Shown here: positions 12,820-28,883 of the stretch, piece by piece
Position numbering within the stretch: position 1 is the first letter of the stretch
How the letters are laid out: each line of letters starts with the position of its first letter
Source: Geosiphon pyriformis uo1
Lineage: Eukaryota; Fungi; Glomeromycota
Assembly: GCA_016748015.1 (NCBI GenBank)
Contig: JAAOMT010000289.1
Span: 445,639 to 509,638 of the forward strand
Length of the DNA: 64,000 bases
Direction: 5' to 3'
The notes under the pieces: generated by a model
The model's database searches: none
What the model saw: the letters and a program-made list of their open reading frames with translations, nothing else
Told to the model about the DNA's origin: nothing
Translations under genes and position numbers: made by a program

Positions 12820-13511
12820 TTAATTGGACTCTTCCGGATTCAGATTGCCTAGAGCCATTCTTAATTGCTCGATTCGAGCAAGTTGTCCTGGTATTAAGAG
12901 CTCCTGCTTTAAATTGGGCGGATTTTCTGTTCCTGAGATACTTGAAGAATTGATATTAGAATCAAATTTTTCTTTTGATTGAAGATATTCCTGATCAATA
13001 TTATATTTGGTATCTTGCTGCAAATTGATGAAAAAAGCAAAAAAAAATTGAATGAGATGTAATGAAGAATATTTATATATTCATGAAAAACAATGAGAGA
13101 AGAACAAGGTAATAGTAAAAAGCTGAATACCACCACAAAATACATTTCATCCAACAAGTTATCGAATTCAACTTGTAAGCGGCCAATTCCCGCTTTCTGG
13201 TCTTCAATGGGATCCCGCGGTATCCGTCCGAGCATCCTTAAGTTTTTTTAAAATCATAATTATCAAAATATCAGAAACCAAATCATCTATAGTAAATATA
13301 CGTGTTACTGCGACCCTGACGCTGATTTCTTATACTGACGGCCTCAAGACTCTGCTGCCAAATTGACTTAAATTTTGAAAAATAAGGAGGATGGGTAAGT
13401 TTTTAATATCGAGAGAAAATAAACTAACCAAAGAATAAAATTTACTTTTAAGCACATCTCAAGCTCTTGGGCTTTATTTTTAAGAAATCCGAAATCGTCA
13501 AGTTCTTGCAT
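12820..13511 (-). CDS. Small helical protein (about 145 aa, 4 exons); possible Mediator Med2/Med29-like subunit
   Basis: Three GT-AG introns join MQELDDFGFLKNKAQELEMCLK|SIWQQSLEAV...|MLGRIPRD...EFDNLLDEMYFVV|QDTKYNIDQEYLQ...QLARIEQLRMAL. The gene structure is well supported; the family assignment is only a pattern resemblance. Confidence 0.6.
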
Positions 13512-13926
13512 TTTTAGCGGAATTTGATAAGAGAAAATAATGGAATAATTGATAAACCCTAGTAAAAACCTTTTTATTAATTAATAAACTAGTTGCACAA
13601 TTATCGCAATCAATTTTAAAAATTAAATAATTTTTGACTGATTAATTTTAAAAACATAAAGCCATATTTTTATTTTGGAAATTTTCATAAAAAATTAATT
13701 AACAATTAAATTTTTATAGTATTTAATAATATATATGTAAATAGGTTAACAATTAAACTTTTAAAAAAAATTGATTGTATGTAAGATATTTTTAAATTTA
13801 ATAATTTAAATATTAGATAAATTATAAATAATTGAGCACTTTTGTAATGTGAATCATGTGATTACTATATATTGAGATGAAAAGCTGAATATAAAGGGCA
13901 CAAATAAAAAAAATTCTCATATTCTC

Positions 13927-14828
13927 ATGTCTCAACGTTCGTATTTTTTATTTAGTACTTTAACACATAGGTCAGCCAACGCCCTTAAAATGGGCGTTGC
14001 AAAAAGTTGGCCACGTTCCTTTTTCAAACCTAGCTTTCCAAAGGTACCATTAATACCAATTTTACATGAAAAAAGCTTATCCCCCAATTTAACCCGTAGT
14101 TTAGAATTTCAACAAGGTAAGAAAAGCTTTAATTCCTAAATTTGTTTCAAATCCGTAATTTGAGTTTATTCACTTTCACCTGATTTTTAATAGTACGCAC
14201 AATGTTCATCCAGACAGAGACCACTCCAAATCAGGATTCCCTCAAATTTATACCGGGTGTTCCGGTAATGGGTGAAGGTGGAACAGCCGAGTTTCTTTCA
14301 GGTCACTCGGCTTCCACGTCACCTTTGGCCAAATTGCTTTTTCGAATAGAAGGTGTTCGTGGTGTTTTTTTTGGTCCAGATTTTATCACTATCAGTAAAG
14401 ATCAAGACACACCGTGGCAATTAATGAAGCCCGATATTTATGCTAATATTATGGATTTTTTCGCTACTGGTCAACCAATTGTTACGGAAGAACAGCCACC
14501 CTCTGACACAACAATTCAAGAGGGTGATTCAGAGGTTGTGCAAATGATAAAGGAGCTTCTTGAAACTAGGGTAAGACCTGCAATACAAGAGGATGGTGGT
14601 GATATAGAATATCGTGGATTCGAAAATGGTATTGTGAAATTAAAATTACGAGGATCATGTAGAACATGCGATTCTTCAGTTGTGACCCTCAAAAATGGCA
14701 TTGAGAATATGTTGATGCATTATATTCCTGAAGTTATTTCAATCCAGCAAGTATTAGACAAAGAGGAAGAAGTTGGCCAACAAGAGTTTGAAAAGCTGGA
14801 AAAAAGATTGACAGGTGCACAATTATAA
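13927..14828 (+). CDS. NFU1: Mitochondrial Fe-S scaffold NFU1 (intron 14117-14193)
   Basis: [11 protein letters not shown]-domain and NifU C-domain [13 protein letters not shown]...GSCRTC. The presequence is in exon 1. Confidence 0.95.
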
Positions 14829-15075
14829 TTATGCTTAAAAAAAGGCTTTTACTTCTATCGAAGCTCTTCGATATGTTAAGTCTAGAGATGGAATTCTATG
14901 ATGTTGGCAACACCCATTCCCCCCTTAAGCTTCAACTTTGGCTTTCTGAAACATTCTGTATGGCCTCTGATGATCTCTACTCAAATACGTGATCTTGTTT
15001 TGGATTGAAGGCGAAAAGATGTTCCCTTTTAAATCCAATAGAAGAGTAAATCACATAAAATATGCGATTGTCACC

Positions 15076-15842
15076 TTATTCGTTGATCATAGATATTCTT
15101 GGATCAATCGCATAAAGTTGCGTGTACATTTTCACCAGATTATCATAGCCCATTTTATCTCCGCATCTAATTAAATTGGCTTTTGGAATAAAATAAAGTT
15201 TGAAGATTGATGAAGGAACAAATATAAGAAATTTCATAAAAGATAATGTTGGATATTGATCTTGTGAATGATTATGATGAAATTTACATTAAACTTTGCT
15301 TTTTATTACTATGCTACTTACCAGCATCGCAATTCAAAGGGCTATTCGCTTCAGGTGTTGACAAAAGCAACCGAATAGCCATGCAAGCAGACTGCAAAGT
15401 CCATGCTGGACTCCAAGCAGTTTTTAAAATATCCAAACATATTTCTCCCGTCTGACAATGATAATAATTAAGTAATAGTTTAAAGGTAATATTAAGAATC
15501 TAAAAATAAATTTCTTGCCTTCCAGGATATGTTAGGATGACATAATTTAGTCAAGAATTGGATCTTTGGAGGATGAATAGGGTATGTTTTTGGAACATCA
15601 ATAGAAAGCTTCCAAAAGCCACCTATATCATTAAAAGAAGATAGAAATTAAAGAATTTCGGTATTTTGAGACATAACCGGAATTTTACCTTCATAAGGTG
15701 TATCCTTTTCCCCACATAGAATCGCTTGCCAAACGAGAATGTCATCATCTTTGACAGGAGCCAGTTCTATTAAATCTGGGTTAGGTTCCTTTTGATACTC
15801 TCTGAATTCTTTCAATAAACGACGAGTTACGGCTTCTGACAT
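15076..15842 (-). CDS. PEX4: Ubiquitin-conjugating enzyme E2, peroxin Pex4-type (4 exons, one GC-AG intron at 15452-15518)
   Basis: HPNISWK|TGEICLDILKTAWSPAWTLQS...SPLNCDA|NLIRCGDKMGYDNLVKMYT, characteristic of Pex4/UBC21. Confidence 0.85.
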
Positions 15843-16517
15843 ATTTTGTTAGTCTAAGTTTCGTCTTTGAAATGGTAAATGAGAGACCCCAAGATTCTTG
15901 AATGAAGCCAGTATGATTGTCATTAAATTATATAAATATGAACTTCCGACCCAAATCGATATCGGAGACGCCATTTGAACTTTAATACGAATTGTGTAAT
16001 ACCTAGTTGATCCGACGCACTTAAATGACTATATCAGTTATTCAATCAGATTATCAAACTAACTTCCTAAACTGCTTTTTCTGGAAAAGGTAAAATTTTT
16101 TTGACATAAAAAGATTAAAAAAAGCTATCGAGTATATCATTATAATAGAAGTAATAAAGTGAAAGAGATACATAAAAACCCTTCGAAGCTTCTGCTACTA
16201 TAGTAAAAGTCCCTCAAAAACCAATACCGTTTACCGTCAGTCCAACCAATACTTACCGACCTGTCCATTATGATAATACGATGTCAACACAACCTCCTCT
16301 GGGCAAACTTCTTTTATGTCTACTCCGGTGAAAATTTTATCAATACCAAAAAAGTTTTCTCTTCACACCTAACCCATATATATAAGACCACTCAAACTAC
16401 TTCAGCCTCCAACAGATAAACAACTCTTTCTTTCTCTCACTTATTCCCAATAAGAGTCTTCGTCAAACAAATAAGATCACTAGTAATTCCCTTGCCCTCA
16501 CTCAAACAAATTTTGAA

Positions 16518-17808
16518 ATGGCACAAAACCATTCCCAAAGTTCAAGTCGCCAAGCAGGTTCTCCCGCACAAACTGTCTCACGAGACCGCTATACTAAACT
16601 CAAACGCAAAGCTCAAGAGATCCAAACACAAAATGAACGCGTGAATTCTGAATTACAACGCGCTCGCAAACGCATCAAAAGTTTGAATCAAGAAAAAGAA
16701 GGGCTTCTTAGTCGTCTAAGTCACATAAAAGACAAAGATCCCTCAAAAACCAAAATTTCTGGAAATAGTTCCCCCCGGCTGGAATCTCAAGATATATCAT
16801 CAACTTCTACTTCTTGTGCATCATCACACTCTTTTGAAAAAAATACTAAGAAAAGAGTTGACCATGTACCATCCACTCCAACTTCTCTTACTTCCTCAAT
16901 TCTTTCTGGGAAAAATAAAAAAGCTGCACTTCAAGCCTCTTCCTCCAAAAAGGCTGTACTACCCCCTCCCGCCAAAAACATAGTCAACACAGTACCAGTA
17001 AAGGCTACTGCTAAGATTCCATCAAAAGGCTCAAGCAAACCTCCAGTGAACACAAAACCATTAAAAGTTCAACCTCTAGACAAAGATCAACGTGGAAGTT
17101 ACATATTGCCAGTTCAGATTGGAAGTATATTGACGGTTATAAATCTTGGAAAAGTTATTTACGACAGGAAAACGTTCCATAATGAAAGATATATTTTTCC
17201 TGTTGGGTACAAAGTTCAAAGGTATATCTATACAGTGTAATAACTTTTTTATCTAATAAAAATTACTAAAATTGAATTTTTCATTTTCAAATTACCCAAT
17301 CAGATCATACAATAGTATGATTGATCCAAATACACAAACCGTTTACACTTGTTCAATAGAAGATGGTGGTGATGGGCCAAAATTTGTAATCGAGCCTGAA
17401 GATCAACCAGATAATCCTATCACAGCTAAAACTGCTACTGGCGCTTGGGTAACTGTTGTTCGTGCAGCCAACACCATTCGTAGTCGCAAGCATTCAAACG
17501 CTGCATCCGGCCCAGATTATTTCGGATTTACTCATGCCACAATCCGAAAAATGATTCAAGATCTGCCGAACGCCTCAAAGTGTAAAAATTACGTCCTTCA
17601 GACTTTCGAAGTAATGAAGACAAGAAATAATGGTGGTAGGAAGCGTCGAGCCAATGAAAACGGTACAGAAAATGCGAGGGCTTCAAGTTCAAATGTTATT
17701 GGAGAATCCCTCACAAAAGAAAATGATAAAAAGGGAAATAGCAGTGGCAGCGAAAACGGGGACGTCATTGCATCAGATGCGAATGAGGCTGAAAGCAGCG
17801 ACAATTAA
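16518..17808 (+). CDS. FYRN/FYRC-domain nuclear protein (TBRG1/NIAM-like) with N-terminal coiled coil; intron 17222-17303
   Basis: LGKVIYDRKTFHNERYIFPVGY (FYRN), YTCSIEDGGDGPKF and SGPDYFGF..IQDLPNA (FYRC). Confidence 0.85.
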
Positions 17809-18521
17809 AGCTCATCATCTTTCACATGAAAATCTAGTATGAAATCTTTTATAAATATTTTCCTTGTAGTAATATCCTGACACATCTTTCTTTTTGAAAT
17901 CATTTTACTAGAATCTTTTTGATATATTTTTTTGCTTTCCTTTATATTTTCTCTATTTCACTAGCTGAGAAATCCTCTGATATTTTTTTGCCTTTTTCTA
18001 AATGTTGCTTAAGAAATAATTAATATTGAGCTACCTATTACAAATTAGTTTATTTTAGGCTAGTAAGTTTTAGTAAATATTAATCAAGAAATAACAGCTG
18101 GTGCAAAAAATTTTTCATACTTTACAAGTTTTTCAGTATTTAAACATAATTTTAAACAATAGTTGACAAATAATGTGCAGTTAAAATAACTTTTAAATAT
18201 TTTTAGAGCATATAAATATAATAATTATTTTTTTAGTTAATGCAATAAATATAACAATATAATTGAATTCATAAATTTTTGTTAAAATAATTTATTAATA
18301 ATTGATTACAATATTAATAGATGTTTTTTATTTAATACATAATTATTAAAACATAAAATTTTAACTTAATAAAATATAAATTTTTTAAAATACTTTGTTG
18401 AATTTTAATATTAAAACAAAAATACTTGATAAAAAAATAAAAATTTTTCTGAAAATTATGTGCAATTTATTTTTGAGCATAAAGTTTTATATTTTAGACT
18501 AAAAAACATTATTACTAAATC

Positions 18522-18522
<1 letters not shown>

Positions 18523-18570
<48 letters not shown>

Positions 18571-18625
18571 TAAAAATAATAATAATAATAATAATAATAT
18601 AAACAACAACAATAATAATAATAAA
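18523..18625. repeat. (AAT)n microsatellite in AT-rich desert
   Basis: Directly visible tandem AAT with a few AAC/AAA variants. Confidence 0.9.
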
Positions 18626-19509
18626 ATTGTAAAATTTAAATTATTATCAAAAAAAACTTGATATTAACATTAAAATATTTAAATATTTAAATAAAACTAT
18701 TTTACAAATAATAAAAATATAAAATTGAAATACATAGGTATAATTATGGTTTAATATATAAAATTCTAAATTTTGTCAATATTTAACAAGAAAATAAAAT
18801 AATAGATAAATGTATGAAAATCAAAAGGCTTGAATATTCACATTTTCATTTTCATTTTCGTTTTCGTTTTCGTTTTCGTTTTTTAGTCTAGTTTATGATT
18901 TTCTTTGGAAGCAGATCAAATTTACTTTTAATTCATAAAAACTATTTATAGCCAAGGGTAAAAGTGTTTTTGGTAAAAATGATCCTTTCACTTATTTCTT
19001 TGACACTCATTTCCACCAATTTTCGCGTAATCGCTATTTATCGGGCTTAGCTCAATTGGCCCCAAAAATGCAAGTATAGCTTTGAAAGCTTATCATGATT
19101 ATAAATTCTTGATCATTTTAACTTCAGTATTAACTTAAAATTCTATATAGATGATTCCAAAAATGTTAAAATTAAAAAAAAAAGAGGCGTCTTTAATAAA
19201 ATTTTCTGCTGAAGTTTCACAAAAAAGCGATTTGTTTTCTTGACACATCAATTGTCGGGAAATAATGCTAATCATTCCTGCGTTTTGAATGTATGCTTTA
19301 AAAAAACAGTCAGTCAGCTTGAATCGATGATTAATAAACACATCATTATGAGATAAAGAAATCTCAGCAACTTCAACTCCATCGCTTTTCGGGGTCAAAT
19401 TATTTCGGCCAACTAAAAATTCAAATATTAAAAGTAAATTAATTTTAATTGATTGCAGTTGTACTGCAGCAAGACTTTGTCCTAGTGAGCATTACTAGAA
19501 AATTATGCG

Positions 19510-19802
<293 letters not shown>

Positions 19803-20093
19803 TGTTGTTGTTGTATTAGTAGTAATAGTAACTTATGTAAAAACTTTTTTCATGTTTAAAAAAGTAGAGCCTAATTCAATCTTGGCAATCACTACCATTT
19901 AATGCTTTTGGTCCGACCTCTTGGTAAAAAAAAGTGTTAAAAGCTAATCTTACCAAATTATCATCATCCTAAATTCTTTCTTGGATTCGATCCGTTACGT
20001 TTTGTTCGTTCAAAGACTTGTTAGTCCTTCACTACCTCACTCTCTCCTTCAGTTCCCACGGTTACGCCTCCCTTGTATATTTTTAAAATTTTC

Positions 20094-20824
20094 NNNNNNN
20101 NNNNNNNNNNNNNNNNNNNNNNNNNNNNNNNNNNNNNNNNNNNNNNNNNNNNNNNNNNNNNNNNNNNNNNNNNNNNNNNNNNNNNNNNNNNNNNNNNNNN
20201 NNNNNNNNNNNNNNNNNNNNNNNNNNNNNNNNNNNNNNNNNNNNNNNNNNNNNNNNNNNNNNNNNNNNNNNNNNNNNNNNNNNNNNNNNNNNNNNNNNNN
20301 NNNNNNNNNNNNNNNNNNNNNNNNNNNNNNNNNNNNNNNNNNNNNNNNNNNNNNNNNNNNNNNNNNNNNNNNNNNNNNNNNNNNNNNNNNNNNNNNNNNN
20401 NNNNNNNNNNNNNNNNNNNNNNNNNNNNNNNNNNNNNNNNNNNNNNNNNNNNNNNNNNNNNNNNNNNNNNNNNNNNNNNNNNNNNNNNNNNNNNNNNNNN
20501 NNNNNNNNNNNNNNNNNNNNNNNNNNNNNNNNNNNNNNNNNNNNNNNNNNNNNNNNNNNNNNNNNNNNNNNNNNNNNNNNNNNNNNNNNNNNNNNNNNNN
20601 NNNNNNNNNNNNNNNNNNNNNNNNNNNNNNNNNNNNNNNNNNNNNNNNNNNNNNNNNNNNNNNNNNNNNNNNNNNNNNNNNNNNNNNNNNNNNNNNNNNN
20701 NNNNNNNNNNNNNNNNNNNNNNNNNNNNNNNNNNNNNNNNNNNNNNNNNNNNNNNNNNNNNNNNNNNNNNNNNNNNNNNNNNNNNNNNNNNNNNNNNNNN
20801 NNNNNNNNNNNNNNNNNNNNNNNN
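20094..20824. other. Assembly gap (N run) hiding the 5' end of the PSP1-like gene
   Basis: Run of N characters. Confidence 1.
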
Positions 20825-22939
<2,115 letters not shown>

Positions 22940-23402
22940 AAGCTTTTTCCTCGAATTTATGGAGAAAATTATAATCGAAAACGACCGTTCAAGCAAAAAA
23001 TGCGTGGGTTTGTGGGAGGTCGGTTTTGAAATTTGTTTGAGTTTTATATAACTCTCAAAATTTTCATATCTTCTATATTCTTTTTTGTAATTCGGTCATA
23101 TAAACTTCAAGAGACGTCAGGGACGAATTTTTTTAATATTTATAGCCTTTAGAAAAAAGAGAGGATAATAAACACGATATATATTTACTCGCCATTTACA
23201 CCTTTCACAATTTTCTTCCCTTTTCTTTGTATCTATATTTTTTCTTCGACCCTTTTTTTAAACTTTCTATTTTTATCGGAGCGTTTTTACATCCCCAATT
23301 TATCATATACTCCCTTTGCTCTTTCGTGAACCCTTAATTGAAACGCCACTTTCAACGGCCTCACATCACCTGCCATAACATTTTGCTCTATTATATTACA
23401 AA

Positions 23403-23458
23403 TACTACTACTACTATTACTCTATTACTACTACTACTATTACTACTACTACTACTAT

Positions 23459-23496
<38 letters not shown>

Positions 23497-23514
23497 TTAC
23501 TACACTACTACTAT

Positions 23515-23550
<36 letters not shown>
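23403..23550. repeat. (ACT)n imperfect microsatellite downstream of the PSP1-like gene
   Basis: Directly visible. It is the reverse complement of the (AGT)n array at 19510. Confidence 0.95.
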
Positions 23551-24060
23551 ACTTAAAATTACAATTATTACAATTACAACTATTACACTCTTACAACTAT
23601 TACAACCATTTACTAAATTACTCTAGTTAACGTACATTATTGGTTGCTCCTCTCTTTCCCAACCAACCTAAGACAAGTAGACATTGTAGAAACATATAAA
23701 TATATACAGATGAAAGATTTTGGTATTTCTTTTCAATTTTTTTGCGCACTTTCGATGTGGACTTTTTTTGGAGAATGAAAAAAAAGGATGGCAGTAACTT
23801 TAATGCAAATTATAAAGAAATCTGCTTCATTTTGATTGCAGGACAATTCAATTAAATTTATATTTTAAAATACAATTTGAAAATTAACGTAATCTGATTA
23901 AAAAATGACTATTGTGACAATTACACTTATTACCTAATCGACCCAGGAATTAAAAATGATTAGTTTTATATTAATCAATGCTTTCATGTTTCTTTTTTTA
24001 AAATTTCGGCTTGTAGCTTTATTTATGTACCCGTTTTTTCCTTTCACATTTAAAAATTAA

Positions 24061-25388
24061 ATGTCTAGTATTTCTCATCTATTTGTTCCACGAGGCCGTA
24101 AAGTTGATTTTCAAATTGATATTCTTATTGAAGATCTTGCAAACGTTCCCTTACTTACTGGATTATTTTACGTGAAATGGAATATGAAGTGCCCGGAAAA
24201 GACAAGCGGGGCTACAGAGCGGTACCTCAAATTTCATGTAATTAAATTAACCTTTTAACTTTTCTGCGGTTAAATTTGGGAATTTTAACATAGAGCGCCC
24301 ATAAAAGATTATTCGGTATTTTGGAATTATAAGTTATCCAATGCCGCACAGTTAGTTGTTGGCAAAGATGGGATGTTAATGCCTTGTGAGTTCAGGGTAA
24401 ACATAAAACAGGTATTTCTCGCTGGATAATTTTCATTTTTAATGTTGCCCAAATCGATTAACATTTTAACTTGAATTTTGGTGAAATAGGAACTAAATGG
24501 AGGAAAAGTAATCAACAAGATCGGATCTCTTTCACTGAACCTTGCAGAATATGTTGGCTCAGGGAAGACGACGAGAAAATATTTGTTACAAAACAGCAAA
24601 ATTAATTCTACATTGAAGGTATTTTAAGGAAAAAATTATATTCCCCAATTAATATATCTTTATTCATCACCATGATTAGTATCATTTTAATTATTAGTTA
24701 ACTATTGACATGAAAAAAACTTTCGGCGATGTTGAATTCAAAGTGTAAGTGGTTCTTCAAGCTAATTGCCTAAAACGATTTTCTTAGATTCGAAAATAAT
24801 ATTGCTTTTTCTAGGCTATGGTTTCAATTAAACAAAATTTCATTACGTTTATTAAATATAATTTTTTTAAGATCAGGCCTCAGCTCAAAAAACCACAAAT
24901 TTTTGGAGGTATCACCGGAATAATAACAGATAGAAAAGAGCTTCAGGATGATCAAAGATCTAGTCAGTATTTAGCTCTTTATTGAATTATAAAAGTTTCA
25001 TTTTAACAAATTTCCTTTTTCGATTAGTTCGAGGATTTCGAAACAGATCAAATTTTGGTCCACATGATCTCTCCAACTCAAGATCGGCTACTTCACTGGC
25101 AATCAACAAATTTATTCTTTGAATTATTATGCGACCGCAAATTTGATTTTCGTTAAAATATTCCTTTCCTTTTAGAAATCCGCGTATTTTACACAAGGTG
25201 CACATCATACACCGCCACCCATCTTCACATCTTCTTTACTAACAAATTCGTTCCTTCGTGATATGGGAGACCGATCTCCAACAGATGTTATCGAGGATAT
25301 TTTTCTAAGAGTAACGATGAATATTCATTCCGATGATGAGAACGGAGAGGATAACGGAAAATTATTGATACCATCTGAGGCTCGATAA
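24061..25388 (+). CDS. NT-C2 domain protein (EEIG1/FAM102-like), 7 exons
   Basis: IEDLANVPLLTGLFYVKW...IGSLSLNLAEYVG..TTRKYLLQNSKINSTLK, with a C-terminal DVIEDIF. Confidence 0.85.
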
Positions 25389-25617
25389 GAAAATTTATTT
25401 TTTCCATAATGTTTTATCATTAAAATTTTTCATACAAGAGGTAATGATAGAGTGTATCTGATTTAGACGAATTTTTAAGTCACCTTTTCATTGACCTTGA
25501 ATTACTGTTTTTATTTAGGGCCTATTATTTGTTTGAACAACAAATATCAGCATTATTGTGGCCAATAAATATAGACATCACTTGCGCAAATCCCTTATGG
25601 ATTTGTTTGTATACAAT

Positions 25618-26864
25618 CTACCCATTCATTTTTTCAAGTGCATCCTTCATACTGTCTCGGATTGATTTATCCATAATTTTATATATGGCTTGACAACCTT
25701 CTGTACCCAAATTCATTACGCTTTCGAACTTGTCAATATGAAGGCGAGATTCCATCTAGAATTTGAAAAAATCTTTAGAAATTGTACTTAAAGATTAGAT
25801 GTGTGAAGCATCTTCAGACCTGCAAAAGGGTAACTTTTCCGGATTTTGGCAAAATAGCAACAGTAAGTTCTGGACTGTCTAATAATTCTTCGGTATTGTT
25901 TAGATCTAAGGGTATAGATCTATTATATTTCAGTGGGATAAAACTAGCCAAGCAAAAAATCAAATGAGCCTTAATTGTCAATCACCTAACACAGGAGTAC
26001 TATCAATCAATCCCGCTGTACAAGCGCATACATAGTCTGTCACGGGAACTCCCGCATCTATCAGCGCCATAGTGGCTGCGTTAATACAGATTTGGATGGT
26101 GCCTCAAATGAGATTTGATAATATTAGTGCTTAATTTCGGGAGGGAGCAGGTCAAAGAAAATATCGCTCTTACCTCCATCAAATTGTAATATTTGAATAT
26201 AAATGTCAATTTGAGATCGTGGGAATAGAGTGGCAATAATGACAGGCTCAAAAGTTTGCTTCACAGCAGACGCTATTTCCAAGATCCGCCTATATGGCAA
26301 TTGAAAGCGAGGAATTATATTAACCGACCAATTCATGAAAGGAGAACGATTCTTAATCGAATTATTACTTTTCAGTTTTTGACCGCTTTTTTCTCTCGCT
26401 CATGCTGAATGGAGCGTAGCTGATTTCGACATTTATGTTGGCTTTATTATGCATTATTTGGGATTTGAGACGTGGCTATCATGGAATTCAGTGAATATCA
26501 TTAAATTATTTTAAGAAAAAAACATAAAGTTAATCATGACACACTTCACTAGGTCCATATACAGCCGCTAAACATTTTGTGTTGCCTTGCTCAATATACG
26601 CGGAGCCGTCTGCTTGGCGTAACACCGACGGCCTACACTTGATTTTACGTAGCTCAGTGGCACGTCGACCATCAATTCGCAACCCTACACTTCAACAAAA
26701 ATAGTCTTTATGCTCTGAACATAACCCGGCTCCTTGAAAAAATAAAAACTTGAGACTGTGACCTTCTGGGTTTAATAATTCTTGGCGCGACTTTTGAAGC
26801 AATCGTTAAGATAAGAGAGGAATTTATCAAAAAGTATAAGAAATGCAAAGCATGGGTTTACCAT
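25618..26864 (-). CDS. RRP41: Exosome RNase PH-like subunit Rrp41/Ski6, 8 exons (first coding exon is the ATG only)
   Basis: GLRIDGRRATELR..ADGSAYIEQGNTK..VYGP, FPRSQIDIYIQILQFDG and INAATMALIDAGVP. Confidence 0.93.
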
Positions 26865-27074
26865 TCTTTTGGGCAATTATTTCGAAAATATGTGGCAGTA
26901 AGAAATTTTGAGATTTACTGTATAGTTTCTATTTATAACAGCCTCGAAACTAATCTACGTTAGGTTAGTGATAAAAATTTCCATCTTTAAGCAAGTTACA
27001 TAATCTCTGGATCAGATTGAGACCAAGTGATTATATCCCTTTCACCTTACCTTTTCGTCATCTACAGTTTCGCA

Positions 27075-28214
27075 ATGTCTCGCAAGATCACAGAAGTAAC
27101 TCCACTAGAGATCAAAGGAACCACTGAAAAACCCATTTTGATTGCTGCTCGACCAACTATAACTATTCGTCAGGCCCTCAAGACCCTGGCGAACCACAAC
27201 ATAACTTCCCTTCCAATTTACTCTCATTCCTCGGATAAAGTTGTTAACATTGTGAACCTTGGAGATATATTAAATTACATTGTCAAAGAAGCTGTGGGTG
27301 ACGAAATTAATCCCAAAGCTTTAGAGAGTGAGAAGGTGAATAATCTTGATAATTCAATAGAAGCAGTAATGACTTTGGACGACGAAAAGGAGAGTTACCG
27401 CATATTCAACTCTGATGCAAATGAGGGACTAAAAAAGGTAAATTATTATTCAAGGCACATTGTACCAATGAGTTTATCCCACTAAAATTTAGTTTCTCTA
27501 ATTCAGATTCTAGAAGCTTTTTCAAGAGGAATTCATCGTTCACTAGTCATAGACTACACGAATCAGACAAAACCTTATCTTTTAACGCAAACCGATATTA
27601 TAAGATATGTTTTCAGTCACCCCGAATCTATTCCAGGAATTGATATCAATGCTTCTCTACAAACTTTGGGCTTGGCTGGCCGAGATCAAAAAATTGTTGC
27701 TGGACACGTAAATGAATCGGCTTTAAATGTTTACCGGCGGATGGCGAAGAAGGAACTGATGGCAATTCCCATAATAGACAGGTTCTTCCTATTTAATTAG
27801 TTTTATTGATTGGGATATTAATTAACGTCATTAATAAAATTAATATTTTAGTGAAAATCGATTATTCGGAACTCTTTCAGTTTCTGATCTTCGTGGCTTG
27901 AACTACACTTCGATTGATAATCTAATTCTTCCAGTTGAAGAATTTTTAACTGTAATTACCGCTATTTCCTCGCTCATGAGATTATTATTTACTAGGCATT
28001 GAGCTAAAGCTTGATTGTTTCTCCTAATTAGACACTTCCGAATAGTGCGACAGTTCTGAACCCGGTCATTGCGTTTCCTCAGACAACTTTACGTGAGGCG
28101 TTGAAATTGATTGTAGATCACCATATTCATCGAATATGGGTTGTTGATGAGGACCGAAAAGTCTTGGCAGTGGTCACTTTATCTGACCTCTTTGGATTCT
28201 TTGCTAAGTTGTGA
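27075..28214 (+). CDS. CBS-domain protein (AMPK gamma/Sds23-like, four CBS motifs), 4 exons
   Basis: TIRQALKTLANHNITSLPI, GIHRSLV, GTLSVSDLRGL and HHIHRIWVVD..VVTLSDL. Confidence 0.85.
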
Positions 28215-28883
28215 AAAACTTTATAAGATAGACGAAAAATGATGGGAATAAGAATCATGTGACACTGGTTCACAAAGAATAATAAAGTTCTAGGAGGTAA
28301 GGAATTACAAAAGTTGACTCAAGAGTAACTGAAAATTGATTTTTAAAGTCTTGAATAGTTTATATAATACATATTTTGGAATACAATTTGGGACAGAGGC
28401 CGCGTTGATAATCATGATATTTTATGCAAAATGAAAATAAGGATCTTGGAGTTTGAGGTAAACACTAGGGAAACTTTGACGCAGGCACAGGGATTATAGA
28501 TATGATGACTGGTTTGATTTACGTACCTCTTTCTTCAAATACCCTGAAATAGGCTCTCAATGAAAATGAATTTAGAAATCATTCTTAAGGTTACTTGTCA
28601 GCTCTAGACATAAAATTTTGTATATAATTAAAATGCTCCTCCGAATCAAAGTTATTGTTTCAAAATCCTTTTAGGTATTAATTATTGCCTTCTGGATGGA
28701 ACATTATTTTCCCTATTCAGGCGGCAATGATATTAAATTATGATTAGTAAAATAAAACGGCTCAACTCATAATCAACCACTATAACCACCAATCCCCTAC
28801 CACCGGCCAATATTATAAAGTACATCTAAATAGTATATACAAATAAGTAGGAGCCAGAATAAAATCACTCGAAATGGAAAGGA

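Noticed and set aside
15522-15530. ATATCCT resembling a U12 AT-AC donor in PEX4
   Set aside because: It is coding (HPNISWK); the real donor is the GC at 15518.
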